Shown piece after piece: positions 12,630-24,060 of a stretch of DNA of 64,000 nt. Where the stretch lies: contig OX597818.1 in assembly GCA_951406725.2 (NCBI GenBank), positions 5,022,001-5,086,000 on the forward strand, written 5' to 3'. The notes beneath the pieces are model-generated. The model did not search any database. It saw only the letters and a program-made list of their open reading frames with translations, and was not told where the DNA came from. Numbering within the stretch: position 1 is the first letter of the stretch; every line of letters begins with the position of its first letter. The position numbers were made by a program, and so were the translations under genes. This stretch comes from Octopus vulgaris. Its lineage: Eukaryota.

Positions 12630-12750
12630 TATCAGATAAGATGAAACGTGGGTTCTCTATAATCATATCCAACGAAAACGACATAGCATGCAATGAAAAA
12701 GGAGAACTCGCCCTCAAACCATGGCTGCATCCGAAAAAAGTTATGCTCTT
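12630..12750 (+). mobile_element. mariner transposase fragment
   Basis: DETWVLYNHIQRKR..KPWLHPKKVML. Confidence 0.6.
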
Positions 12751-14267
12751 TCAAAGTAGAACTCATTTTAAATATGGTCAAATATGCTACTTACAGTAAC
12801 AGTGAGAAAATATTTATGAATGTCGTTTTTCCAGGAAATAAAATTATGTTTCCATGTACAAATAAAGAAGGGTCGATTTACACATCTAATACCTGTTGTT
12901 CTAACACAACTTCTCTGTTGCTTGAAGAATGTTATTCTTGTTTATCATCAATGAATTTCTACTGACAGGTTTTCGTTTAATCTTGGTGATCAAATGAAAA
13001 AACTGATTTTGCTAAACTAAGATTAACCAATGTATGACAAGAAATAGTCAATCAATAAAAATGTGATATTGATGTTGTTTTTCTGGTAAGCATTGGTGCG
13101 TAAGACCTAACAGAGATGTTTGCACGGATGATTAATCAAATAAATGCGTGATTAACAATATATTGCTGCAGGCACTAATTCAGTTTTAGATACTCTGCCG
13201 CTTCCAATTACAAAATTTGAAATTTGTTTCTGCCTCAGCAAGTTCCGTTCTTGCATAAAGCAAATCAATCAACGTACAAATCAATAATTGGCAGTGGATA
13301 AAATAGAATAACTCGAATAATTTTACAAGCTTCTGCACTTAAACAATTCCAAAACAATTTTCTTGTTTTATGTGAAAATTCCAATTTCAGATATCTGCAA
13401 ATAAAATTATGATTATTTACGTAATTTACGCACAACGTGCTCTAATGCAAAAAGAGCGTTTAATATAAATATATAGTTTTGTAAAGAAAGCTTTTTCCAA
13501 ATAAAAGTAGTAAAGGCTCCCGAGTTACTTTCTTCCAACGGAAATAAATATGGAATTTCCTTGGATAGTTTCAGCGAACCATATAGCAGTAATTTGTTTG
13601 GACAATTTACTTCTGCTCCCAACTTAATAAACAGCCATCGCAGAAAGACATTACACTTTCTATCATTACATAATATTGCAAAATTGTTCTCGACTCATCG
13701 CTAAACATGCAATGGATAAATTATTATTATAGCTACGCTATGTACCGAAATATAGATCAACCGCAATATCATATTTTGCAAACTATTTCATAATAGGTTC
13801 TATTATCTTTGAACACGCTCATTTAGCGATTACGCTGCCACACAGATTACATTTTCGATCAGTTTAAAAATATAAGTACGATGCTTGAAATCCAGGTAGA
13901 TAATATCTTCCTTGGAATTGGACAATTAGAAGGCAATTTAAAGAAAAAAATTCTAGGCATCTTTTTCAATTTTCTCTAAAATCGTTGTATCAACCAATTT
14001 CTTGTCATGGAGCTGTGTTGTCGTACCCTTCCGTAAGTGTTACACACATCCAGTCATACATACATACATACATACATACATACATACATACATACATACA
14101 TACATACATACATACATACATACATACATACATACATACATACATACATACACACATACACACACAAACACACACACACATGTAAATATCAATTATTGTT
14201 TTCCATGGTTATCAGCCGTGATGGAGTGTGAGATGTTAGCAGAAGAGGAACTTAATATGGTGGTTTA

Positions 14268-15097
14268 GTGGTTATGGTATTCGGCTCACGATCGTTTGGT
14301 CGTAAGTTCGTTACCCGCCGGCGCGTTGTGCTCTTGAGCAAGACACTTTATTCCACGTTTCTCCAGTCCATTCAGATATGATGAAACGTGTTCGGAACAA
14401 AGAATGGGTTAGACGGGTGTTGTTGCAGGGGCAACAACCCCCCATATAAACTCATTGAATACGTTAGTCTCTGATCTCATTACTTGTTCTATTTTCCACA
14501 CCTTTTTACTTCCCCGTTCTGGGTCCCATGATGATGATAATGAGGAGTATGATGATGCAGACAGTGGCTCTCATGGCTCCTGATTTTAACTGATTGGAAG
14601 TGTTATGTACATTGTTTTGTCTTGGTATAAAAGATGGGCTACAACAAACATTCTGCTCAATACCACAGATTTGCTTGTCAGTTGTTTGACCTTAACCAGT
14701 TGAGCATGTCCCTTGGTGGCTGACGATATATGCATCTCTGACCATGAGCAGAAGTAGTGGGGGAGCAAAATAGCTATATGTTGAGAGGAATCCCTTTGGG
14801 GTTTGGATAATTCACATCTGGAAACATAGGTGGTTCGTTCAACATCCTTAAACAATCTTTATTCAGGGACATTTTGAGCGAGATGGGCTACTCGACCAGA
14901 AAAAAATTCTAACTTGGCCCCACCTGCAAGGTCATGCGCTGTTTCAAAGGGCCAGCTGTCACGCTAAATCTCCATGACAAATACCTTAAGCGTTCGTATA
15001 TCGGTGGAGTGGTCAGTTATTTGCCCGTTAATTTCGCGAGTAGGCTGTTCTATTCGACAGATAAACTGGGACACACGTCGTCGTAACCGACGGAGTA
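14268..15097 (+). mobile_element. tRNA-derived SINE split by the 14388-14944 insertion
   Basis: Head GTGGTTTAGTGGTTA..GTTCG..TTGAGCAAGACACTTTA (14268-14375); body resumes CAAAGGGCCAG..GTCGTCGTAACCGACGGAGT (14945-15097). Confidence 0.7.
14388..14944 (+). repeat. Second copy of the 10995-11559 segment
   Basis: Direct sequence identity with only a few substitutions and indels. Confidence 0.95.
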
Positions 15098-15132
15098 TCT
15101 AGGTGTCTTGGACATATGTATATATGAATATA

Positions 15133-15312
15133 TCTTTTACTGGTTCCAGTCATCTAACTGCGGCCATGCTGGAGAAGCACATTGAAGAGATTTTCGTCGC
15201 ACAAATGAAACTTTGTACTTATTCTACCAGTCTCTTTTACCGAACTGCTATGTTACGGTGACGTACGCACACCCAAACAAATTGTCAAGCAGTGGTGGAC
15301 AGACACAAAGAC
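15133..15312 (-). mobile_element. SINE 3' part
   Basis: CTGCGGCCATGCTGGAG..CCGAACTGCTA, as in 37255-37400. Confidence 0.65.
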
Positions 15313-15344
15313 ACCCCCTCATAAATATATACATGTCTATTTAT

Positions 15345-15418
<74 letters not shown>

Positions 15419-15475
15419 GTCAGTCAGTCTGTCTGTCTGTCTGTCTATCTGTCTGTCTGTCTGTATATGTATATA

Positions 15476-15517
<42 letters not shown>

Positions 15518-15570
15518 CATACATACATACATACATAACACACACACACAGATATATATATGCATATATA

Positions 15571-16263
15571 AATAATGCGGTTTTTTCAATTGCATGGACT
15601 AAAAGTTGGAGGGGGACGGGACAAACTATCTGCATCAACTTACTATAAATGCAGGTACTAATTTTACCTTTTACTTATTTTTGGTGCAAGTTTTGAAGAG
15701 TGCAGTTCAATTTTAATAGTTATAGGTCTTCGTTGTTATTAGTTTGGTAGGATAGGAAATGTTTAGTCCACTTTGAACTTTTAAACCCAAACCAGACGAC
15801 AACAAAACAGACATACTGCAAGCAGCCTTAGTGGCTTAAGTCAGCGCTAGAAAAACAAAACGACCATCTTTGCTTTCAAGAAGAAAGGTGTTCTTCCATT
15901 AGGATAATGCTCGGCCACATGCAGCGAAGGTAACATTCCAAAGGCTGGAACAGTTTGAATGGGAAATGATACCACACCCACCACATTCACCGGACATTAC
16001 CCCATCTCATTATCATTTATTCCGAGTCTGCAAAATCATTTGCTCGGAAAAAGGATGAATTCTGTAGACGAGGTCAGAACAGTACTGGAGGAATATTTTT
16101 CTTAGGGGCAAGTGAAGTTTGGAAGAGGTGCCTTGCAAGTCTACCAGATAGATGGAAGAGCATTGTAGAAAATGAAGGATAGTATATTTTAGATCAAAGA
16201 ACTTTGTTTATCTTAATTTTGAAAAATAAAAGTATAAAAATCCGCATTATTGATGGGATGACC
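15571..16263 (+). mobile_element. Internally deleted mariner element
   Basis: DNARPH and SPDITPSHYHLFRSL motifs; subterminal inverted match ATAATGCGGTTTTT / AAAATCCGCATTAT. Confidence 0.8.
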
Positions 16264-16539
16264 ATATATATATAGGGCACAGAAAGTATGTCAATAGCCA
16301 GCTGGAGGAGATGTCATCATGGGGCTACAAGCTACAGTAGCATCCACCCTTAAGGGTTAGCCACATTTAAATGGCATATATACTTCACGATGTCGTGCAG
16401 CTACTGTTTATACCTCGCTCAGAGATTTATTATTGCTCATATATATAATAATAATATAAATAATATATAAATATATACATATATACATACATATATGTAC
16501 ATACCGACATATATATGTATATATACATGCATATATGGG

Positions 16540-16860
16540 TACATGACATAAAAAAACGTTGAACACAATGAGAAACGAAAGCATAAAGCTTCAGAAGGGT
16601 CTGTACACCTGTCATTTCTTTCATATAAAACAAAAACAGAAACGAACCTTTTTTCGAACAACGAAAAAAACAACAACAAACAAACAGAGAAACGAGACAT
16701 ACAACATAAAGAATATTCCTCTTCTTCAGTTGTCTCTGTTTTATCTACTCCGCTTTTCGAAGGTAATTACAAGACGCGACTTCGTTGAAACAGTCCTCCC
16801 CGCAAGAATAGGAGAGTGAGAACAAAACAGTAAAAACAAACGTTGAAGGGTGTTAAACCA
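16540..16860 (-). mobile_element. Probable PLE pseudo-LTR fragment
   Basis: Island between (TA)n tracts with strong strand skew like the other pLTRs; contains scattered CTGAAGA and CGAAA motifs. Confidence 0.4.
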
Positions 16861-16871
16861 AGGCGATTATA

Positions 16872-16912
<41 letters not shown>

Positions 16913-16914
<2 letters not shown>

Positions 16915-17309
16915 GAGACCCCCTTCGGTCACGACACAGACCATGGGATTGCACCTAGAAAGTTACCCTCCTAGACACAAGTCCGGGCGAGGTTGTTTAT
17001 GGAAGACCAGCAGTCGCCCATGCATACCAGCCTCCCCTCTCCACGCCACTGATGTTATCCAAGGGAAAGACAAAGGTCGATACAGCTTGGCACCAGTGAC
17101 GTCGCAACTCATTTCTACAGCTGAGTGAACTGGAGCAACGTGAAATAAAGTGCCTTGCTCAAGAACACAACACGCAGCCCGGTCCGGGATTCGAGCTCAC
17201 AACCTCACGATCGTAAGCTCGACGCTCTAATCACTGAGCCATGCGCCTTCACTGAGCCATGCGCCTTCACTTGAGCCATGCGCCTTCACTTGAGCCATGC
17301 GCCTTCACT
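16913..17309 (-). mobile_element. tRNA-derived SINE with quadruplicated 5' end
   Basis: A-box TGGCTCAGTGA, B-box-like GCTCGAATCC; four tandem GAGCCATGCGCCTTCAC(T) units at 17232-17309. Confidence 0.85.
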
Positions 17310-17324
17310 GTATATATATATACA

Positions 17325-18130
17325 TACACTAATTTAATAAAATAATTATATTAAGGGATGCGGATAAGCCCCGCCAACACGCTAGAAATAGACACTAAAT
17401 GACTCTAAAAAACCTCATCAGGAGTTTTACAACCTTAAGCCGGAAATCGATTTACAATTACCGAATTAAAAAAAAATCGTAATCATTTTTCATCTGTCCG
17501 CTTACAACCTGTGCTATTAGAGTGTAGATGTAGTTTTTATAGCCATTTCGCGCCTATTTCAAGCGTGCTGGTGGCGTTTACCCGACCCTTTAATATAATT
17601 AAATTAGCATAAATTGTAACCTGTACAATTTTTTTATTGATGCTGGCCACTTGATAAAATCATTAAAGTGGTTTTATCTTTAAACTATATTTGTTCCTGA
17701 TCAAATTGCATTTGCTGTGATAGTATCTTGATAGTAAAAAAAATAGATGTAACTTGTATATACATGTAAATGTATGTATATGCTCGTGCATATATATGTT
17801 CTTCGTATGGTATGTATAAATATTTGCATTTATATACTCTTGGCATATTGTACTGAAGAAGTCAAGGAGTTTCACAACCTTAAGCCAGAAATCGGCCTAC
17901 AATTAATTAAAAAAAAAATCTTATTCATTTTCCATCTGCCTGCTTACAACCTGTGCTAACGCAGTGTAGATGTAGCTTTTAGAGCCAGTGTTTAGAACCA
18001 TTTGGCGTCTGTTTCTAGCGTGTTGGTAGGGTTTATCCACATTGTTTAATATAATTATATTGTATAATTATAAATTAGAATAATTTGTAACCTCTATGAT
18101 TTTTTATTTCACGTGGCTTCATCCTTAATT
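17325..18130 (+). mobile_element. PLE pseudo-LTR array: short inverted copy plus two direct copies
   Basis: 17420-17645 is a direct repeat of 17866-18112; 17330-17410 is the reverse complement of their distal part; HHR motifs in the repeats. Confidence 0.8.
17847..17903 (+). ncRNA. Type-I hammerhead motif (NUH mutated to GCC)
   Basis: attgta-CTGAAGA-a-gtcaagg..cctt-aagcc-a-GAAA-tcg-GCC-tacaat; the upstream copy keeps the palindromic aaatcgattt (AUU site) but lacks the CTGANGA half. Confidence 0.65.
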
Positions 18131-18146
18131 TTGTATAATATATATA

Positions 18147-19190
18147 CAGGATACGAGGGGTATTTGAGGGCAGATTTGGTATACAATAAAACAATTATAT
18201 TTCAGCATAAATAAATATGTATTTGAATAAATATTTGTACAATTAGACTTGATAATGATTTTTTAAACAAATTAATTTATGAAACCGTCTTCGACTTCGA
18301 TGACTGCTTCACTGCTGGGATGCTGACACTATATAGACCTTATTCATTTCGGACATCACCTGGAAAATGGTGGCCTTGAGTGAAGCTATAGTATTTTGAG
18401 GATGATGATTAATCTCCCATTCAACAGCGCTTCATACGTAATAGTCCATGCTGTTCAAATCTGGCGAGTTTGGAAGCCACATATTGAGTGTTACATAATC
18501 GTAAAGATAAGTTTGACAACCATTCTTGGGTGACTAGGGCTTTGTGAGAAGGTGCTGAGTCTTGTTGAAACACGTATGGCTTTCCATTGCAGACTTCATC
18601 AATCCAGAGCTTGATAACAATTTCCAGTACTTCAATGTATCCAGCAGCATTAATTCTAAGACCCTTGGAAAAAACTGGGGAGGCATCACATGACCTTCCC
18701 TACTCACCACTCTTAAAGCCATTGTAGTTGCTGGAAATTTTGTGTGCACCATTCTGGGTACTTCAGAAGGATCTGCACATAACCACCTGCCATATATTCG
18801 ACAAGACGTTTGACCCTAGTCAAAGTTTTGTTTTCGTCAGAAAAAAAACCAAAGCATGCCCTGTTTATGAAGGTTTTTCATTTTCTTAAGTAACCGTTTT
18901 GCAGACATGAAATGGTCTTTCCTCATTATACAGGACTTCTATCGAATGTCACGATGTACCACAGTTCTGATAATCCACTCTGACACCCGAAGTTCTTTGG
19001 CAATGCATCTCATTGATCTTCTGGTATTTTCATTGATAATGTTTTGAACATGTATACATTCCGGTGTCGTTTTAGTGTCTGAGCGTTGTGAATATTTTTT
19101 TCCTCTTTGATACAAATGAAACATTACCATCACATGCCTCAAATTCCAACAGAACTTTGTGTACAAATAATCTTGCAGCATTCAGAAATA
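18147..19190 (-). mobile_element. Tc1/mariner (maT/DD37D-like) relic
   Basis: FSDE, HTKFPA, YVFQQDSAPSHKA and PNSPDLN-MDY motifs; terminal TA-CAGGATACGAGGGGTATTTGAG. Confidence 0.8.
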
Positions 19191-19299
19191 CATACATACA
19201 CACATACATATATATGTATATATTCTTGTATACAGTATGAAACAGATAATCATCTGATTATATACTATACTGTAAAGTTTACAATATAGTATTAGTAGT

Positions 19300-20084
19300 A
19301 TATAAGTCTTATATGATGTGGAAAGTTTAATTTGTCAGAAAAAGCAAAAGAAAATTACATCAGATCTTAAAGGTTGTTAAACAAACTGAAAATTCAGCAA
19401 ACGAGAAAAACTTCGACCAAGATCAAAAAGTTAACTGAAAGAAATGAGAGGTGGTTATGTACAGACCCTTCTGAAGTTCCAAGTGTTATGCATACAAAAT
19501 TTTTTGCAACTGTCATGGTTTTAGGGGTTGTCAGCAATGAAGGACATGTGATGTCTCCTTATTTCCACAAGCCCTTAGAGTTAACTCTGTCGCCTACACT
19601 GAGGTCCCGGAAATATTTGTAAGCCGTGGATAGACAGTGTAAACAATGGAAGGCCGTATGTGTTTCAGTAAGACACATGGCTCTAGTAACACAGGAATGG
19701 ATGGCTGAAAGATCTCATGATCACATAACCCCAACAATTTGGCCTTCTAATTCCTCAGATCTCATTCCATTGGATTATTACATGTGGAGCGTTGCCGAGA
19801 GAGAGTTCATGAACACGCCCATGACACCAAAGATATTTTGAAAGCTTCCATAGTCTGAGTAATGTCCAAAATGAATCAGAACCACTTGATTCAAGCATGT
19901 AGATGATTTAGGTCTCATATAGAAGCAATTGTTGAAGCTGAAGGTGGCTTTATTGAATAACACTATAGAAAAGAAGGTTTATTTTTATCCTCATAGCATT
20001 TTTTGATAAATAAATTTATTATCTGTTATTATATATCTGTTTTTTATAAACATAAATCTATCCTCAAATATCTTACGCACCCTG
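19300..20084 (+). mobile_element. Second maT/DD37D-like relic, opposite orientation
   Basis: MHTKFFATVMVLGVVSNEGHVM..WPSNSSDLIPLDYYMW; ends CTCAAATATCTTACGCACCCTG-TA. Confidence 0.8.
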
Positions 20085-20237
20085 TATGTATATATATGAG
20101 AGGTATTGGTATCTAGAAAACCCAAGATAGCAGGTTAGGCTATGTAAGTGCTACGGGAGGACCGTAGTTAGACTCTCGGATCGATAATAATACGAGTGAG
20201 GAGTCTACTGCAGGTCTTGTGTGAGCATGCATGTGTT

Positions 20238-20528
20238 AAATAAAATGAGGCAACAAAACCAAGGCTGTGTGGAATTCATTTACAAAGGAAAAGATAGTGT
20301 TACAACTGTTTCTGGGATATTAGGGTACCCCTTCATTAGGGATAACCTCCTACATGCAAAATGACTCCTTGTATTGGACTCTACCATTTCCCTCTAGTTA
20401 ACTCTCTCATATGGTGTTTGATGAAGGGATATCCCTTATATCCCAGAAACACCTGTAACACTACCTTTCCTTTTATAAATGCCCTATAAATTCCACACAG
20501 CCTTTGTTTTGTTGTCTCATTATATTTA
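20238..20528. mobile_element. Inverted pair of PLE pseudo-LTR ends
   Basis: 20238-20340 is the reverse complement of 20418-20528; each arm contains an HHR. Confidence 0.8.
20414..20461 (+). ncRNA. Minimal type-I hammerhead (C3U variant)
   Basis: gtgt-TTGATGA-a-gggata/tatccc-a-GAAAC-acct-GTA-acac; mirror copy at 20297-20340 (-) with CTAATGA. Confidence 0.7.
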
Positions 20529-20559
20529 ACACACACACACACACGAACGCGCGCGCGCG

Positions 20560-20646
<87 letters not shown>

Positions 20647-21728
20647 CCAATGTGTGTGTGTTTTGTTGATTTTATATAAGTATAATTATGTATTATAATC
20701 GAAATAGTACATTTTCCAATTAGGAATCTTTTCGGTTGAGTAGCTGAAATTTAGAATGGACATTCTTTCTACATATAAAATTATTTGGTAAACCTAGCAG
20801 AAATAGTTCCAATGAATTATAAATTGCATCTTTTCCAGAAGTAGCTTACGAATTTAGATGGTTTAATTAAAATTCGTCAATCCGTCAGGTTATATAACTC
20901 GTAATATGACGAAAAATATATAACTACAATTCAAAGCCTTGATTTTATTGTTTCACACCAGTTGCCTACACATATGGCTAAATTTAATCCTGTTTGCCAT
21001 AAGGGTTTGTGAGTAAGGCACTAGCATACAAACTCTGTGTGGAGGGTTTACTCCTCACCATCATCCCCAGTGCTTGACTAATATCTTTAAAAGTTGACCA
21101 CGAAATAATGATGGGTTGACTACGGCAGGATTTTGAAATTGAAAAATCGCAAGAAATACGATAGAGAGTTAAAGCAATAGGAATTTAATAGACCAACGTT
21201 CTAATGAGTCTGTCATTTCCTGGCGATATGTTAATTATAATGCTAGTTTTGTGTATTAATATCTATGAAATTTGATAACCGATTTCTTAGCATTCTTTAG
21301 TGAAAGATACAGAGTATTTCTCGTTCAAGACATTTCAGGAAACTGAGAGAATTTCTGGACGTCAGATCTAATAATTATTTAGATACTTCTCTACTATAAA
21401 GGTTGTTTGTGTACACACGCCAGATGTATGCTTAAAACAAGAAAGTACATGTCTGAATACTTTCCCCGCCCTAAATATTTCGGATAACATTAAGAAAAAC
21501 GGAATCTTACATTGTTCAACATTATTCTTCTTGGGATTTGTGCTCATTTAGATAAGCGGCACTGCTGCTTCTTCCAGATATATTGTGTGGTGCATCAAAA
21601 CAAATCATCTCATAGTTATACTGTTACATATAATGTCCCTCCTGTCACCGTTGCAATGATTTTGTCAGAAATTGCGTGCCACACACACACACACACATGC
21701 ATACATGTCTATACATCTTTATATATAA

Positions 21729-22241
21729 CTAGCAGTATCGCCCGGCGTTGCTCGGGTTTGTAAGGGAAATAACTATATAAGCATTTTTAGAGAGTTACTT
21801 CCCTTATAAATTCGGGCTTTCTTAGCCATTTTTGTTTTGGTGTCTTCAAGCCATGAAGTCGTTGTTCTAAAAGAACGCTGGTTTCCTTCACAACGCATTA
21901 CGACGTTGATTTCTTTACACTCCCTTCCCCACAGCTTCACGAGGGAGGGAAGGGGGAGAAGCAAACAGGTGCAGCTGTGAGCGTGGACGCCAACTCCGCC
22001 GCCATCGACACACGATGCATTTTATGCATTAAAATGGATTAAAAAATGATGTTAAATTATTTTTAAAATCGTAGACTCATCGTTGACGCGCTCGATATGA
22101 ATCGAGTCAGACGGGCTCGATATGAATCACGACTATAAGATACCCGAATTTGGTTAAACTGCACCGCAAAATGTGGGAGGAGTTAGGAATCTAAATCGAA
22201 GGGGACAGACACTCACACAACTAGAGTTTTATATATATAGA
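21729..22241 (-). mobile_element. Non-autonomous Helitron
   Basis: - strand begins TCTATATATATAAAA and ends CCCGAGCAACGCCGGG hairpin + CGATACTG-CTAG; inserted between A and T. Confidence 0.88.
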
Positions 22242-23994
22242 TATATGTATGAATAACATGCAAATACTAGTTAACACAATATTTACATAGTGAAAGAATT
22301 CGGACCCAAATGGAAAAGATGTGCACAATCAAGGAAAAAATAGGACTGCGTTGTAATCAGTAGTGTATAAAGACATCTGATAGTCAGTGCGATAGTGTGT
22401 TAAAGCAATGTGAAATTAATAATCGAATGTTTTAAATTAAATTAAAGAAATTCATAACCAGGGTATAATTCATGTGTACTAAATACCGATATTTCACAGT
22501 AGAATAATAGTTCATGATTTTCTCCTTATTTGAACTATTTCCCCTGTCTTATTTTCTTTTTCTGACACCACAAATTGAGAACTTATTATTTGATCATTCG
22601 TTCTCCAACGATTTCGCAATTTTCGATAGATTCAATAGGAATCACGATTTCCTTCAGTGTAATCCCTTGTTTATATGCTTTCTTATAATAATCATCATTA
22701 GCAGACTCATCGCTAGCAAAAGTAGGGGCTGGCCACTACTTACAGCATCACTTCAGTTGCCATGATGATTATCTTCATAATGATGATCATTATTAAGACA
22801 ATCATCACCATTAACATTATTGCAATTAATACGATCAATAGTTGGAGCAGCATTATAAGCACAAGCATTTACGTAGGACATAATAGCCTCGACAGTATAA
22901 TCTGAAGAGATATATAAGCGATTTAGATAAAAAAAAGATATGGGTAGACGTGAATGACTCTTGCAACTAACGAATTAAAGTCGAACAGAAAGTAAAATCA
23001 TATACTTGAACTCATGATGAGGGAAATGTGTACGAATCTGAAATAGGAGAATGAAAAACTGACAGTATCACTCAGCAAAATGAAAGACCGACGCTGCGGA
23101 ATCAAGATCGGTATCTTTACATGCTTTCGAATGGAATGAAACTGGAAACTAATACAAATAATTTATTGTGATAGTAATCATCTGAAGGAAGATGAAAGTT
23201 CATTAGCAAATGGTTGTGACTTAAGACGCTGCTATTCAACATCCATCTATGCCAAACTGATCTTATCGTTGCCTTTTATTCGAAGTTGTGTTTAGGTATG
23301 TAACATTTGAAGGAATTATTGCGAAGTATGAAACACCGATCATAGAAATAAAAAGGATAACAATATAGAAAAGACTAAAACATTACAAGCTCTATAATAC
23401 ATCTGAAAATAGAGTTTTTCATGATAAAAATCATGCCAAATTCACATATATTCTTAGTGCAATTCACGTATTTCCAAACGAAGATTTATCTCATATAGTG
23501 GGATTTAAAAACGTCGCAGTAAGACGAGTCGATATGGAACAGACTCAGCTATTGAAATTACTAGAAGTTAGGAGATGAAGAGGTGGATTTCAAAAGTTGA
23601 TAAATGATTATGATCATCAGACATATACATGGAAATGAGAAGATATAAATGGCGAAAATACGTGTATGACTTACAAACCAATGAAAACGAAATGAAAGCA
23701 ATTAGATCAATATCAAATTATTTCTAGATTCTATTAGCTATAGTTATATCCTCTGATACACAATGCACATACAAACACACAAAAACACATGCACACACAA
23801 AAACACACACACACACACGCACATGTATGGGTCTAGGTGTATTAATATATGTATGTGCATGTGTATGTAATATGTGTATGTTAATGTGTGTGTGTGTGTG
23901 CATACAATTATTACATTTTATGCCACAACGCAATGGACTGAGTTGAATCATCGGTGTAAGGTATATTAATAATTGTAATACTTATCGAACAGTC

Positions 23995-24060
<66 letters not shown>

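Noticed and set aside
16690-16790. Permuted hammerhead (CGAAA before CTGAAGA on the - strand)
   Set aside because: Could not form stem I or III convincingly; not counted as a ribozyme.
17232-17309. CRISPR-like short direct repeats
   Set aside because: No spacers, no cas genes, eukaryotic context; it is a SINE 5' tandem.
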